Positions 49,506-59,869 of a DNA stretch of 64,000 bases are shown here, one piece after another. Both the position numbers and the translations under genes were made by a program. The notes under the pieces were generated by a model. The model was not told the origin of the DNA. It did no database searches and saw only the letters and a list, made by a program, of their open reading frames with translations. Where the stretch lies: contig JBBRBF010000004.1 in the NCBI GenBank assembly GCA_038206105.1, positions 8,053 to 72,052 of the forward strand, given 5' to 3'. Positions within the stretch are counted from its first letter, which is position 1; every line of letters begins with the position of its first letter. Origin of the DNA: Actinomycetales bacterium. Its GTDB lineage: Bacteria > Actinomycetota > Actinomycetes > Actinomycetales > JBBRBF01.

Positions 49506-50960
49506 TCAGCGGCAGCCGCACCGGGCGAGCGCCGCGGCCACCTCGTCGGCCGCCTGCCGGGCCGCGACCGTGACGGGGACGGCGTCGGCCAGGACCGCGA
49601 ACGCCAGGTAGTCGCCGTCGGCGGTGACGAGCGTCCCGGCCAGGCTGGTGGTGCCGGTGAGCGTGCCGGTCTTCGCCCGCACCACGCCCGCGCCCGCCGC
49701 CGCGGGGCCGGTGAACCGGTCGGCCAGGGTGCCGGTGAGGCCGCCGACGGGCAGCCCGGTGAGCAGGCCGCGCAGGTCGGGCCGGGTCCCCGCCAGCACG
49801 AGGACGTCGGTGAGCGTGGACGCCCGCACGGAGCTGCCGTCCGCGAGGCCGCTGCCGTCGGCGAGGACGGCGCCGCCGGTGTCGACGCCCAGCGCCCGCA
49901 CCGCGGCGAGCACGGCCCGGCCCGAGCCGGCGAACGTCGCGGGCTCCCCGGTCCGGCGGGCGACGACGTGGGCGAGGGAGTCCGCGACGAGGTTGTCGCT
50001 GGTCCGCAGCATGTGCGCGACGACGGCAGCCGCCGGCGCCGAGCGCACCTCCGCGAGCACCGGGGCACCGGGTGGCGGAGCGGCGCGGGTGACGCGGCCG
50101 GCGACGTCCACGCCGCGGTCGGCGAGCAGGGCCGCGAACCGGGTCGCGGCGGCCAGCGCGGGGTCACCGGACCGTGGGGCGAACCGGCCGCTGCCGGTGC
50201 GCCCGGCGTCCACGGCCAGCGGCGCGAGCGGCGCGGTGAAGCCGGCGGCGACCTCGCTCGGGGTCACGCCGGGGGCGAGGCCCTGGCGGGCGAACAGTCC
50301 GTCGTCCAGGCGCACCCGGACCGGTCCCGCCGCTCCGGCGTCGTCCTGCTCGGCCTCGTCGACCGGGGTGGCCAGGGCCGCGGCGGTCGCGGCGGCGAGG
50401 TCGCCGAGGCCTGCCCGCTCACCGTCCGGGTCGGCGGCCGTGGTCGCCGCTCCGCCGGTCAGCAGCACGTCGCCCCCGGCGACGAGCACGACCTCGCCGT
50501 CGCAGGCGCCGCGCACGACACGCGTGGCGAGGCGGCCCTCGGGGCCGAGCACGGACAGGGCCGCCGCCGCGGTGAGCAGCTTCGCCGTCGACGCCGGCTC
50601 CTGGGCCGCCTGCGTCCCCCGCCGGTAGAGCACGTCGCCGGTGACCCCGGCTACGACGTGAACGCCGACCCTGCCGCCGAGGTCGGGGTCGGCGACGAGC
50701 GGGTCGAGCCGCCGCGCCAGTGCCCGGGCGGCGGGGGCAGCGGTGGTGACCGGCTCCAGCACCGCCGTCGCGGGGACGCCCGGTGCCCGGGCGCCGGCGG
50801 CCGGCGGGAACGGCGGCGCGGTCGGCCGGGGGGCGTCCGTCAGGGGCCCGGGGACCACGTCGGCGACGTCGGCGACGCCGTACCCGACGAGGGTCGCGGC
50901 GGCGAGCGCGACGGCGGCGGCCGTGCGTGCCCCTCGGACCACCCCGCCTCCCCTGCTCAC
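49506..50960 (-). CDS. dacB: D-alanyl-D-alanine carboxypeptidase/endopeptidase (PBP4 family)
   Basis: SxxK motif PASTAKLL. N-terminal anchor [21 protein letters not shown] 50960. Confidence 0.8.
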   Translation of the reverse strand: MSRGGGVVRGARTAAAVALAAATLVGYGVADVADVVPGPLTDAPRPTAPPFPPAAGARAPGVPATAVLEPVTTAAPAARALARRLDPLVADPDLGGRVGVHVVAGVTGDVLYRRGTQAAQEPASTAKLLTAAAALSVLGPEGRLATRVVRGACDGEVVLVAGGDVLLTGGAATTAADPDGERAGLGDLAAATAAALATPVDEAEQDDAGAAGPVRVRLDDGLFARQGLAPGVTPSEVAAGFTAPLAPLAVDAGRTGSGRFAPRSGDPALAAATRFAALLADRGVDVAGRVTRAAPPPGAPVLAEVRSAPAAAVVAHMLRTSDNLVADSLAHVVARRTGEPATFAGSGRAVLAAVRALGVDTGGAVLADGSGLADGSSVRASTLTDVLVLAGTRPDLRGLLTGLPVGGLTGTLADRFTGPAAAGAGVVRAKTGTLTGTTSLAGTLVTADGDYLAFAVLADAVPVTVAARQAADEVAAALARCGCR

Positions 50961-51053
50961 CGCTGCCGGGCCGCCGGGGTCGATCACCGGCCCCCCGGTG
51001 GGCGAGACTATCCCCGCCCGTCCCACCGTCACCGCCGTCGTCAGGAGCACAGC

Positions 51054-51545
51054 GTGGAGTTCGACGTCACGATCGAGATCCCCAAGGGTCAGCGCAACAA
51101 GTACGAGATGGACCACGCCTCCGGGCGGATCAAGCTCGACCGGACGCTGTTCACCGCGACGCGCTACCCGGCCGACTACGGGTTCGTCGACGACACGCTC
51201 GGCGAGGACGGCGACCCGCTGGACGCGCTCGTGCTGCTCGACGAGCCGACCTTCCCCGGGTGCCTGATCCGGTGCCGCGCGATCGGAATGTTCAAGATGC
51301 GGGACGAGGCCGGCGGCGACGACAAGCTGATGTGCCTGCCCACCGGGGACCCGCGGATGGACCACATCCAGGACCTGCCCGACATCGGCGAGTTCTACCG
51401 GCTGGAGATCCAGCACTTCTTCGAGACGTACAAGGACCTGGAGCCGGGCAAGTCCGTGGAGGGCGCCCACTGGGTCGGCCGCGAAGAGGCCGAGGCCGAG
51501 ATCGAGGCCTCCTACGCGCGGGCGAAGGAGAACGGCGGGCACTGA
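51054..51545 (+). CDS. ppa: Inorganic pyrophosphatase (family I)
   Basis: GTG 51054 with [35 protein letters not shown] blocks. Tail of track ORF 48687..51545. Confidence 0.9.
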   Translation: MEFDVTIEIPKGQRNKYEMDHASGRIKLDRTLFTATRYPADYGFVDDTLGEDGDPLDALVLLDEPTFPGCLIRCRAIGMFKMRDEAGGDDKLMCLPTGDPRMDHIQDLPDIGEFYRLEIQHFFETYKDLEPGKSVEGAHWVGREEAEAEIEASYARAKENGGH

Positions 51546-51574
51546 CCGGCCGGACGCCCGCCGCCGGCCCCTCG

Positions 51575-51602
51575 ACGCGTTACCCGCGCGCGGGTAACGC
51601 GT
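51575..51602. terminator. 28-bp perfect palindrome, bidirectional terminator candidate
   Basis: acgcgttacccgcg|cgcgggtaacgcgt between convergent ppa and 51580..52980. It overlaps the latter's stop codon. Confidence 0.6.
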
Positions 51603-52980
51603 GAGGCCGGGGCGGGACGCCGGCCAGGTCCGTGTCGGCCAGAGCCGCCTGCACGATGCCCGCCAGCTCGCCGCGCGTCGGGCCGGCGTCGACGGGCGTG
51701 CGCCACCCGGACGCGTACACAGCGCGAGCGAGCGGCTCGACCGGGTCGAGGCAGGAGGGCGGCTCGAGCATGGTCACGTAGCCCGGCGTCGCCGCGTCGA
51801 TCCGCGGGTCCACCTGCGCGGCAGCCAGCACGAGGTCGGACGGCAGCCTGCGACCCAGGTCGACGTCCCCGCCCTGCCAGCGGCGGACGAGGTCGCCGTC
51901 CATGTGCACGTGGTCCCTCACCCACGGCAGCATCGCGCCCTGGCACCAGGCGTCGAACGGCTCGCCCACGACGGCGGGGTCAGCCCCGGTGTCGAACAGG
52001 TGGAGCAGGTGGCGGACCTGCATGAACGTCGTGGCCACGCCGCGTCCGAACGTCGGTGTGGTCGTCGCAACCGCGTCCCCGACGCTGACGAGGCCGGGGA
52101 CGACGGCGCGTCCGTCCGCCGCCTGCTGACCGCGGTAGACGTTGCGCAGCGGCCCCCCGGGCAGCACGTCAGTGACCGGCTCTGCGCGTGCCTCGTCGGT
52201 CCACTCGGCGAGCCCGGGTATGGCCCGGCAGGCCGCCTCGAACGCCACCCGGTGCCGCAGGCCCGTGAGCACCGCGTCGGAGACCGGCCGCACCAGCAGC
52301 ACCGAGAAGTGGCCGCGTTCGTGCCGGAAGACGATCGCCTGGTACCCGTCGAGGTCGGCCTGCCAGGCCAGCGGGTTGGCCATCGGCCCGGGCGCGGCGC
52401 CGGGGCGCAGCCGGTACTGCCGGTCGACGTACGCCATCCCGCAGGGGCCGCCGTCCGACGCCGGAGCGCGCAGGTCCTCGAGCGCCCGACCCGACCGACC
52501 AGAGGCGTCGACGACGAGATCGGCCTCCACGTCGGCGCCGCCGACGACGACCCCGACCGCGCGGCCACGGTGGGTCCTCACCCGGTCGACGTGCCCGCGG
52601 CGCACCAGCAGGCTCGGGACGTCGCGCGATGCCTCCCGAAGGGCCCGTTCGAACGTCTCGCGACGCGACAGGTGCCCGGCCTCGATAGACCCGAGGCCGG
52701 GGACGTGGAACCGGACCGGCTCGGCGCCGGCGGCCAGCCACGCGTCGAGGGCTGCGGGCCACTCCTGCCGCAGGACGTGGCCCACCTGCGGCCGGAAGCC
52801 GTGTGCGTGGTGGAACTGCATCACCCCACGGCGGGCCCAGCGGCCATGTCGCGGCGGTCCGGGGTCGCGGTCCACGGCGACGACGGTGTGGCCCCTCGCG
52901 GCGAGGGCTCGCCCCACGAGCAGGCCGGCCGGTCCGGCCCCGACCACCGCGACGCGCAATGGAACCACCTCCGCCCGCAC
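51580..52980 (-). CDS. FAD-dependent oxidoreductase/monooxygenase
   Basis: N-terminal VAVVGAGPAGLLVGRALAARGH dinucleotide fold. 466 aa. Confidence 0.75.
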   Translation of the reverse strand: MRAEVVPLRVAVVGAGPAGLLVGRALAARGHTVVAVDRDPGPPRHGRWARRGVMQFHHAHGFRPQVGHVLRQEWPAALDAWLAAGAEPVRFHVPGLGSIEAGHLSRRETFERALREASRDVPSLLVRRGHVDRVRTHRGRAVGVVVGGADVEADLVVDASGRSGRALEDLRAPASDGGPCGMAYVDRQYRLRPGAAPGPMANPLAWQADLDGYQAIVFRHERGHFSVLLVRPVSDAVLTGLRHRVAFEAACRAIPGLAEWTDEARAEPVTDVLPGGPLRNVYRGQQAADGRAVVPGLVSVGDAVATTTPTFGRGVATTFMQVRHLLHLFDTGADPAVVGEPFDAWCQGAMLPWVRDHVHMDGDLVRRWQGGDVDLGRRLPSDLVLAAAQVDPRIDAATPGYVTMLEPPSCLDPVEPLARAVYASGWRTPVDAGPTRGELAGIVQAALADTDLAGVPPRPHALPARG

Positions 52981-53137
52981 CGATCGTGTGGTGCGGCACC
53001 CAGGGTGCGCCCTGCGGGCGCGGGGTCCCCAGGGGTTTTCGTGTCGCCGGCCCGGGCAGGACCAGCCGGCCCGCGCGAGCGGGTGGACCCCCGAGCCACA
53101 CCCGCCCCGGCCTGCCGCACGCCGGCCGGGAGGTGCG

Positions 53138-54385
53138 TCACCCGTCGAGGGGGGCGGGCCGCTCGTCGGCGTGGGCGATGTGGGCGAGCTGTCGCCAGAT
53201 CATCACCACGAACAGCGCGGATCCCGCGAAGGCGAACCAGAACGGCGCCGTCACGCCGAAGCGCTGGGCGAGCAGGCCGCCGACCGTCGACCCGAGCACG
53301 AGGCCGCCGAAGACGCCGACGAGGTTGACGCTGCCCACGCGTCCCTGCAGCGCGCGGGGCACCGCCCGCTGCCGCACCGTCACCGACGTCGTCCCCCACA
53401 CGAAGGCGTGGACGCCGAAGACGAAGAAGACGGGCATCGCGATCCAGGGGCTCGTCGTGAGCGCCAGCGCCAGGTGCGTCAGCGTCTCGATCACCAGCCC
53501 GACGCGCATCAGGTCGCCCAGGCTGACCCGACGGGTGATCCAGCCGTAGCAGCCTGTCCCGACCAGACCGCCGGCGGCGATCACCGTCATCACCAGGCCG
53601 AAGCCGACCTCGCCGAGACCCAGCCGTCGCGTCGCATACAGCACGAGCACGGACCACGCCGCGCCGAACGTGATGTTGAAGCTGAAGATCGTCAGCACGA
53701 GGGTCCGCACCGCTGCGTGCCGCCGCACCCAGCCGAAGCCCTCGGCGACGCTCCGCCGCCAACCCGCGTGGCTGCCGGCGTCGTGCTCGTCGCGCGGGAG
53801 GACGACGCGCGTCACCAGCACCGCGCCGAGGGCGACGACGACCGCCTGTGCACCGAAGGCCCAGGCGGCACCGGCGGTGAACAGTGCGGCGCCCAGCGGC
53901 GGGCCCGCCATCTGGTTCATCGTGATGAAGCCGGTCATCAGGCGGGAGTTGGCGACCGCCAGGTCCTCACGCGCCACGAGCATCGGCAGCAGGGTCTGCG
54001 AGCTGTTGTCCGCGAAAACCTCCGCCGTACCGAGCACGAACAAGGCCGTCAGCGCCATCGCGATCGAGACGCGGTCGGTGAGGACCGCGAGCGTCAGGAC
54101 GATGAGCACCCCGGCCCGGGCGATGTCGACGACCACGACGATCAGCCGCCGGTCCAGCCGGTCGGTGAGAGCACCGGCCACCAGCCCGAACAGCAGCGGG
54201 GGCAGCCACTGCACGGTCGCCGCGAGCGCCACCAGGAAGGCGTCCCGGGTGAGCGAGGCGACCAGCAGCGGCCCGGCGGCGAGGGCGATGCCGTCCCCGA
54301 GGTTGGTCGTCCACGACGACGCCAGCAGCCACCGGAACGCGACGCCGAGGCGCGAGGGCGCGACGACGTCTGCGATGCGGCCCAC
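53138..54385 (-). CDS. MFS transporter
   Basis: 415 aa, 12 TM helices, GALTDRLDRR loop motif. Confidence 0.85.
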   Translation of the reverse strand: MGRIADVVAPSRLGVAFRWLLASSWTTNLGDGIALAAGPLLVASLTRDAFLVALAATVQWLPPLLFGLVAGALTDRLDRRLIVVVVDIARAGVLIVLTLAVLTDRVSIAMALTALFVLGTAEVFADNSSQTLLPMLVAREDLAVANSRLMTGFITMNQMAGPPLGAALFTAGAAWAFGAQAVVVALGAVLVTRVVLPRDEHDAGSHAGWRRSVAEGFGWVRRHAAVRTLVLTIFSFNITFGAAWSVLVLYATRRLGLGEVGFGLVMTVIAAGGLVGTGCYGWITRRVSLGDLMRVGLVIETLTHLALALTTSPWIAMPVFFVFGVHAFVWGTTSVTVRQRAVPRALQGRVGSVNLVGVFGGLVLGSTVGGLLAQRFGVTAPFWFAFAGSALFVVMIWRQLAHIAHADERPAPLDG

Positions 54386-54429
54386 GGGTCAGCGAGCCTA
54401 GAGGTGCGGCGGCTGGCACAATCGCGGGC

Positions 54430-54945
54430 GTGGACGCCCCGCTGGTCGTGCCCTTCGACGGGCGCTCGCCTGTGACCGACCCCGCTGCCTGGGTGGCGCC
54501 GGGCGCCACCCTCGTCGGCGACGTGAACCTGGGGCCGGAGGCGAGCCTCTGGTTCGGCGCGGTCCTGCGCGGCGACGGTGACCGGATCACCGTCGGCGCC
54601 CGCTCGAACGTGCAGGACGGCTGTGTCGGGCACGCCGACCCCGGCGTCCCGCTGACTGTCGGGACGGGGGTGTCGGTGGGGCACCGCGCGGTGCTGCACG
54701 GGTGCACCGTCGAGGACGACGTCCTCGTCGGGATGGGGGCGGTGGTGCTGAACGGCGCGCGGGTCGGCGCGGGGTCGCTGGTCGCCGCCGGCGCCGTCGT
54801 CCTGGAGAACACGCAGGTGCCGCCGGGATCGCTCGTCGCCGGGACGCCCGCCCGGGTGCGACGCGAGCTCACCGGCGACGAGGTGGACCGGTTGCGGCGC
54901 AACGCCGAGCACTACGTCGCGCTGGCCGCCCGGTACCGGGGCTGA
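54430..54945 (+). CDS. Gamma carbonic anhydrase-family protein (hexapeptide repeat)
   Basis: Left-handed beta-helix repeats with a His triad context (NVQDGCVGH, VGHRAVLHGC). Confidence 0.85.
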   Translation: MDAPLVVPFDGRSPVTDPAAWVAPGATLVGDVNLGPEASLWFGAVLRGDGDRITVGARSNVQDGCVGHADPGVPLTVGTGVSVGHRAVLHGCTVEDDVLVGMGAVVLNGARVGAGSLVAAGAVVLENTQVPPGSLVAGTPARVRRELTGDEVDRLRRNAEHYVALAARYRG

Positions 54946-54989
54946 GCCCACTCACGACGGCGACCGGCTCCGCGAGCACGCACCGCGGG

Positions 54990-55282
54990 CTAGCGGGCCA
55001 GGTGTGACCTCGATCCTCGGCGTGTCACCGGTGCTGCCGACCCGGACGACGTCTCGCTGCACCTGTGCCGGGTTCCGCACATCAACCCGCGCACGACCCC
55101 TCGTGGCCGTGTACCTGCACGTCGCCGACGCCGACGACCTGCCCACACAGTGGTCCGCCGCCGGGGTCGACGGACGCCACCACGCCCCGGTCGACACCGA
55201 CTACGGGCTGCGCGAGGGGGCGTACGTGGACCCCGACGGCAACCTGCTGCGGTACGGGTCAGCGCTGCGGGCAGCGACCTGA
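54990..55282 (+). pseudogene. VOC/bleomycin-resistance-like remnant (truncated, probably frameshifted)
   Basis: C-terminal half is recognisable (AVYLHVADADDL...DTDYGLREGAYVDPDGNLLRYG). An upstream DDVSLHL-like strand is in another frame. No credible N-terminus. Confidence 0.35.
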
Positions 55283-55287
55283 CGCAC

Positions 55288-55881
55288 TCACTCCCGAACC
55301 GGTCGGTAGGTGCAGACCAGGACGCCGGTGCCGGCCGTGGTGGCGGAGACGAGCTCGAGCGGGCGCGGCCGGCCGTCGGCCGGGAACACCCGCTTGCCGC
55401 CGCCGAGCAGGACCGGCTCGACCATCAACCGGTACCCGTCGACGAGGTCGTGCTCGACGAGCTGCGCCGCGAGCGAGGCGCTGCCCATCACCTGCACCAC
55501 GTCACCGTCCCGCGAGCGCAGGTCGCGCACCGCGCCGATCGCGTCATCCGCCGGCAGCAGCACCGAGCCCGACCAGGTGAGGTCACCATCGCCGAGGGTG
55601 CGCGACGCCACGTACTTCGGCAGCGCGTTCATCCGGTCGGCGAACGGGTCACCGGCCCGGCCGGGCCACGCAGCGGCCATCGCCTGCCAGGTGCGGCGAC
55701 CGAACAGCAGCGCATCCGTAGCGCTCAGGAGCGTGTCGATCGCCGAACCCATCGTCCCCGGGTCGAAGTACGGCATGGACCACCCGCCGTGGGCGAAGCC
55801 GCCCTCGGTGTCCTCCTCGGCCCCGCCGGGTGCCTGCACCACGCCGTCCAGGCTCATGAAGTCACTCAGGACGATCCGCAT
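55288..55881 (-). CDS. Dihydrofolate reductase-family protein (RibD C-terminal domain type)
   Basis: MRIVLSDFMSLDGVVQAPGG start. GAGGAG RBS. Confidence 0.8.
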   Translation of the reverse strand: MRIVLSDFMSLDGVVQAPGGAEEDTEGGFAHGGWSMPYFDPGTMGSAIDTLLSATDALLFGRRTWQAMAAAWPGRAGDPFADRMNALPKYVASRTLGDGDLTWSGSVLLPADDAIGAVRDLRSRDGDVVQVMGSASLAAQLVEHDLVDGYRLMVEPVLLGGGKRVFPADGRPRPLELVSATTAGTGVLVCTYRPVRE

Positions 55882-56162
55882 CGTTGCTCCTCACGTCGTC
55901 GTGTGCGCGATCCGTCCGGTAGACCGGTGCCGCCCGGCCGACTCATCGGCGCTGACCACCACTGTGCACGTCGCCCGGATGGGCGCCGACGGGGGTCGAG
56001 GGCCTCGCCGCGGGACGTCGTGGGACGTGGCGGCACGTCGCGGCACGCTTCCGATGACGCCCGCCGCCTCGTTATCAGTTCGGCTCTTTTCCGATAACCA
56101 CGGGAGGCGCTGATGCCGGCGGCGGGGTCCAGCTGGCCGTCGACCTCGTACGAGAGGCTGCC

Positions 56163-56672
56163 GTGGACCACGCCCTGCTCCATGCGCTGCTGCGGGGCAA
56201 GGGCCTGACGCGGACGGTGACGGTACCTGTGTCCGCGGGCCTGCTCACCGACGTCGACGCCTACTTCGCCTCGCTCGACGCCTACCGCGCCGGCGAGCCC
56301 GCCGTCATCGTCGAGCTGCTCGCGAACGCGTCGTTCAGGGCCATCGGCAACAGCCGCACCCTCGTCGGCGAGCTGCACCGTGTTCGCGAGTCCTGGAACG
56401 AGCGGGTGAGGGCCCGCAGGGACGCCCGCACGTGGAGGATCGCCGACCTCGTCCTCCGTCATCCCGTGGTCGACGCGCCGCTGCTCGCGCGCGAGCTGGG
56501 CATCCCCGCCAGCAACGTCTACCGGTCTCTTGCACCGCTGCTGGAGGCCGACGTGCTGAAGGAGGCCAGCGACCGCCGCCGCAAACGGACGTGGCGGTCG
56601 AACGAAGTGATCGCCCCCCTGGACGCCCTCGCGGCGCGAGCCGGCCGCCGCATGGCTCCCCAGGGAACCTGA
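56163..56672 (+). pseudogene. Fic-family protein remnant (C-terminal part only)
   Basis: Begins right after where the HPFxxGNGR motif should be (ALLHALLRGKGLTRTVTVPVSAGLLTD) and continues into a C-terminal winged-helix region. No Fic core upstream. Confidence 0.5.
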
Positions 56673-56733
56673 CCGCCGTGCTCGGGCAGCCGGACCAGGC
56701 CTCGGCTGACGGCCTCCCCGCCGACGCGTGGCG

Positions 56734-57068
56734 TCACGGCTTCGGAGGCAGCGAGCGGACGTGCCTGACGCCGTGGCCCACCCAGCGCCGAAGCTCCTCG
56801 TCGCTGCCGAGGGCCTCGGCAGCGACGCCGAGCCATCCCGTCATCGTGCGGTCACGCATCTCGAACGGTCGGACGCCGGGCTCCGTGGTCAGCCGGTCGG
56901 CGTCGGCCGGATCGACACGCAGCATCAACCCGCCCTGGCTGCTGGCGCTGACCGCCATGTGCCCGCCGATCAGGAACGCGTGCCCGCGAACATGCGCTTC
57001 TCCGTCAGGCCGGGTTCACCCTGCACGACAGCCCGGATCCGGTCCGCGAGCTCGACGTCGTACGTCAT
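56734..57068 (-). pseudogene. TfoX N-terminal-domain protein, frameshifted
   Basis: MTYDVELADRIRAVV..GLTEKRMFAG is in one frame. FLIGGHMAVSASSQGGLMLRV continues in another frame. The shift is at about 56965-56975. Confidence 0.6.
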
Positions 57069-57251
57069 GCGCGAAGTGTCTCGCAGGCTCACCTGCGTCC
57101 TGCGACCACAGGCCGTCCAGCCGTCCCATCGGCCCGGTCGAGAGGCCCACCCGGACCTGGACGACCGTGGCAGTCTTCGGTGACGAGCGCTGCTCCGTTG
57201 CGCCGCAGCGCTCGTCAACGACGCCAACGACCCCGTGAAAGGAACCGCCCC

Positions 57252-57731
57252 ATGTCCGTCGTCTCTGCTCCGGCTCCCATGACCACCTCGACCGGCGCCT
57301 AGCTGCCCCTGGTCACCCTCCCGCAGACCGAGCTGCTGAGCGTGAACCAGAAGGACATCCCGGTGATCAAGGACGCGCTGGGGCCCGGGGTGCACTTCCA
57401 GCCGCTGCGCCTGGACATGGAGCTGGGCGAGTGGGTGCCCTGGCACTACCTGGAGTACCCCGACCAGCCGCAGACCGCCGGCTCCTACCTGTTCGAGCCG
57501 GGGTCCTCCGTGCACACGCTCGTCTGCCCCGACTCCAACACCGAGGGCACCGTCGTGCTGTTCCGCGTGCACGGCGCGAACATCAACGTCAACGAGGACG
57601 GCACCGACCACTCCATCCTCGACGTGGCCCTGATCCGGCACCTGACCGACGCCTTGTCCGAGGCCCAGGGCCTCGGCGAGGTCACCTACGTCGGGGGCGG
57701 CGCTGCCGGCCTCACGACCGCGGGCACCTGA
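57252..57731 (+). pseudogene. 2,4'-dihydroxyacetophenone dioxygenase-like cupin with in-frame TAG
   Basis: ATG 57252 with GAAAGGA RBS and an in-frame TAG at 57300..57302. Family-like sequence continues immediately after it (LPLVTLPQTELLSVNQKDIPVIKDALGPGVH...YLEYPDQPQTAGSYLFEPGSSVHT). Confidence 0.55.
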
Positions 57732-57771
57732 GGCGCGCGCCCGCGCGGGTGGCCGGGCGATCGATGCGACC

Positions 57772-57801
57772 GGACCTGTCGTGCATGATCACCGAGGGGG
57801 G
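57772..57801 (-). repeat. C-rich/GGTGATCA motif copy D
   Basis: Minus strand reads cccccctcGGTGATCATGCACgacaggtcc. Confidence 0.6.
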
Positions 57802-57826
57802 CGGCGAGGAGGTGTGGCGAGGAGGG

Positions 57827-58840
57827 TCAGGACCAGGCGCGGCGGGATCGGGCGGACCAGTAGCCGTCGGCGGGCTCGGCCAGGTCGTCCAGCTCAGCGA
57901 GCCACCCGTCCGGCAGCTCCAGCGAGGCTGCGGCGGCGTTGCTGGCGACCTGCTCCGGGGTGACGGCGCCCGACAGCACCCGCCAGGCCCACGGCTGGGC
58001 CAGCGCGGCGGCCACCGCGAGCTGGTCGACACCGACGCCGAGGTCCGCGGCCAGCTGAGCCGCCCGACGGGAACCCGGACTGCCGTCGTCCCCGCCCGGG
58101 GCGAGCCGCCCGTTCGCGACGACCTCCTTCACGATGACGCGCGCGCCGCGGTCTGCGGCCTCGGCCAGCGCCGGGCCGGCCGAGGGCTCCAGCGGGTTCC
58201 ACGTCGTCTGCACCGAGGTGAACACCGGCTCCCCGCCGACGACGACGTCGAGGGCTCGGCGCACGGTCTTCCCCTGCTGCGCGCCGGACGTCGACACGCC
58301 CACGCGGACCCCGCCGTCCCGGAGCCGTGCCAGCGCCACGTGCAGGGCGGCGTCGGCCAGCACGCCGGTGTCCAGCGTCGCGGAGTGCACGTGGTAGACG
58401 TCCAGCCGGTCCCCCAGCAGCTCCCGCGTGAGCACCACCTGCTCGGTGAACGCGGCGAGGGAGTGGTCCTTGACCTCGTGCACCTCGGCGTCGAGGCGCC
58501 AGTCACCGACGTAGCGGTACCCCCACTTGGAGCCGACCTCGACGTCGCCCACCTCCGGGCGGTCCGCGAGCCACGCCGCGAGGAACTCCTCGGCGCGACC
58601 GTAGGAGCGGGCGACGTCCAGGTAGCGCATGCCGCACGCGTACGCCGCGTCGAGCACCGCCGCGGACCGTCGGCGCAGGTCCTCCACCCCGCGCTCGCCG
58701 CCGAGGTCGTCGGCGCGGCTGGCGGTGATGTAGGCGGGGCGGGCGACCGCGGCCAGCCCCAGTCCGATGCGGCGCGCGGGGAGCTCGCCGTCGGCGGAGG
58801 GCGAGCCGTAGACCTCCCCGGTGTTGTTGGGCATAGTCAC
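57827..58840 (-). CDS. Aldo/keto reductase
   Basis: 337 aa with AKR blocks (DVARSYG, GSKWGY, LDVYHVHS). Confidence 0.85.
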   Translation of the reverse strand: MTMPNNTGEVYGSPSADGELPARRIGLGLAAVARPAYITASRADDLGGERGVEDLRRRSAAVLDAAYACGMRYLDVARSYGRAEEFLAAWLADRPEVGDVEVGSKWGYRYVGDWRLDAEVHEVKDHSLAAFTEQVVLTRELLGDRLDVYHVHSATLDTGVLADAALHVALARLRDGGVRVGVSTSGAQQGKTVRRALDVVVGGEPVFTSVQTTWNPLEPSAGPALAEAADRGARVIVKEVVANGRLAPGGDDGSPGSRRAAQLAADLGVGVDQLAVAAALAQPWAWRVLSGAVTPEQVASNAAAASLELPDGWLAELDDLAEPADGYWSARSRRAWS

Positions 58841-58869
58841 ATCATCGCCGACGACGAAGGTGGAACCCG

Positions 58870-59868
58870 ATGAAGAAGCTCATCAACGACCCGGCCGACG
58901 TGGTCCGCGACGCCCTGCTCGGCATCGACGCCGCGCACCCCGAGCTGCGCGTCGACCACGAGCACCGGGTCGTCTACCGGGACGACTCGCCCGTCAGCGG
59001 CAAGGTCGGCCTGGTCTCCGGCGGCGGCACCGGGCACGAGCCCCTGCACGGCGGGTTCGTCGGCCTCGGCATGCTCGACGCCGCCTGCGCCGGGGAGGTG
59101 TTCACCTCGCCGGTGCCCGACCAGATGCTCGCGGCGACGACCGCCGTGGACGGCGGCGCCGGCGTCCTGCACATCGTGAAGAACTACACCGGCGACGTGA
59201 TGAACTTCGAGATGGCGGCGGAGCTGGCCGCCGACTCCGGCGTCCAGGTCGAGGCCGTGGTGGTCGACGACGACGTCGCGGTGCAGGACAGCCTGTTCAC
59301 CGCCGGACGGCGCGGCGTCGGCGCCACCGTGCTGCTGGAGAAGATCGCCGGTGCCGCGGCCGAGGCGGGGCGCAGCCTGGGCGAGGTCGCGGGGATCGCC
59401 CGCCACGTCGATGACACCGCGCGGAGCATGGGGATGGCCCTCACGTCGTGCACGGTGCCCGCCGCTGGTAAGCCGACGTTCGACCTCGGCGAGTCCGAGA
59501 TGGAGATCGGCGTCGGCATCCACGGCGAGCCGGGGCGCGAGCGTGTGCCGCTCGCGCCGGCGTCCGAGGTCGCGCAGATGCTGCTCGACCCGATCCTCAC
59601 CGACCACGACTTCACCGGCGGCGACGGCGTGATCGCCTTCGTCAACGGGATGGGCGCCACCCCGCTGTTGGAGCTGTACCTGATGTACAACGAGGTCGCC
59701 GGCATCCTGGAGCGCGCCGGGATCGGCGTGGCCCGCTCCCTCGTCGGCTCCTACATCACCAGCCTCGACATGGCCGGCTGCTCGGTGACGCTATTGACGG
59801 CGGACGACGAGATGCTGCGGCTGTGGGACGCGCCGGTCAGCACCCCCGGCCTGCGGTGGGGGCTCTGA
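58870..59868 (+). CDS. dhaK: Dihydroxyacetone kinase subunit DhaK
   Basis: MKKLINDPADVV start, SGGGTGHEP, NYTGDVMNF. Confidence 0.9.
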   Translation: MKKLINDPADVVRDALLGIDAAHPELRVDHEHRVVYRDDSPVSGKVGLVSGGGTGHEPLHGGFVGLGMLDAACAGEVFTSPVPDQMLAATTAVDGGAGVLHIVKNYTGDVMNFEMAAELAADSGVQVEAVVVDDDVAVQDSLFTAGRRGVGATVLLEKIAGAAAEAGRSLGEVAGIARHVDDTARSMGMALTSCTVPAAGKPTFDLGESEMEIGVGIHGEPGRERVPLAPASEVAQMLLDPILTDHDFTGGDGVIAFVNGMGATPLLELYLMYNEVAGILERAGIGVARSLVGSYITSLDMAGCSVTLLTADDEMLRLWDAPVSTPGLRWGL

Positions 59869-59869
59869 C

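Noticed and set aside
56071-56098. Inverted repeat GTTATC-N16-GATAAC in an unusually AT-rich patch upstream of the Fic remnant, as an IS end or operator
   Set aside because: Only 6 bp are matched, with no second copy or transposase nearby. It may simply mark the truncation junction.
57300-57302. The in-frame TAG as programmed recoding (pyrrolysine-type)
   Set aside because: No pyl genes or recoding signals are visible. The neighbourhood is full of decayed genes, and the gene also appears internally shortened. A pseudogene is the simpler reading.
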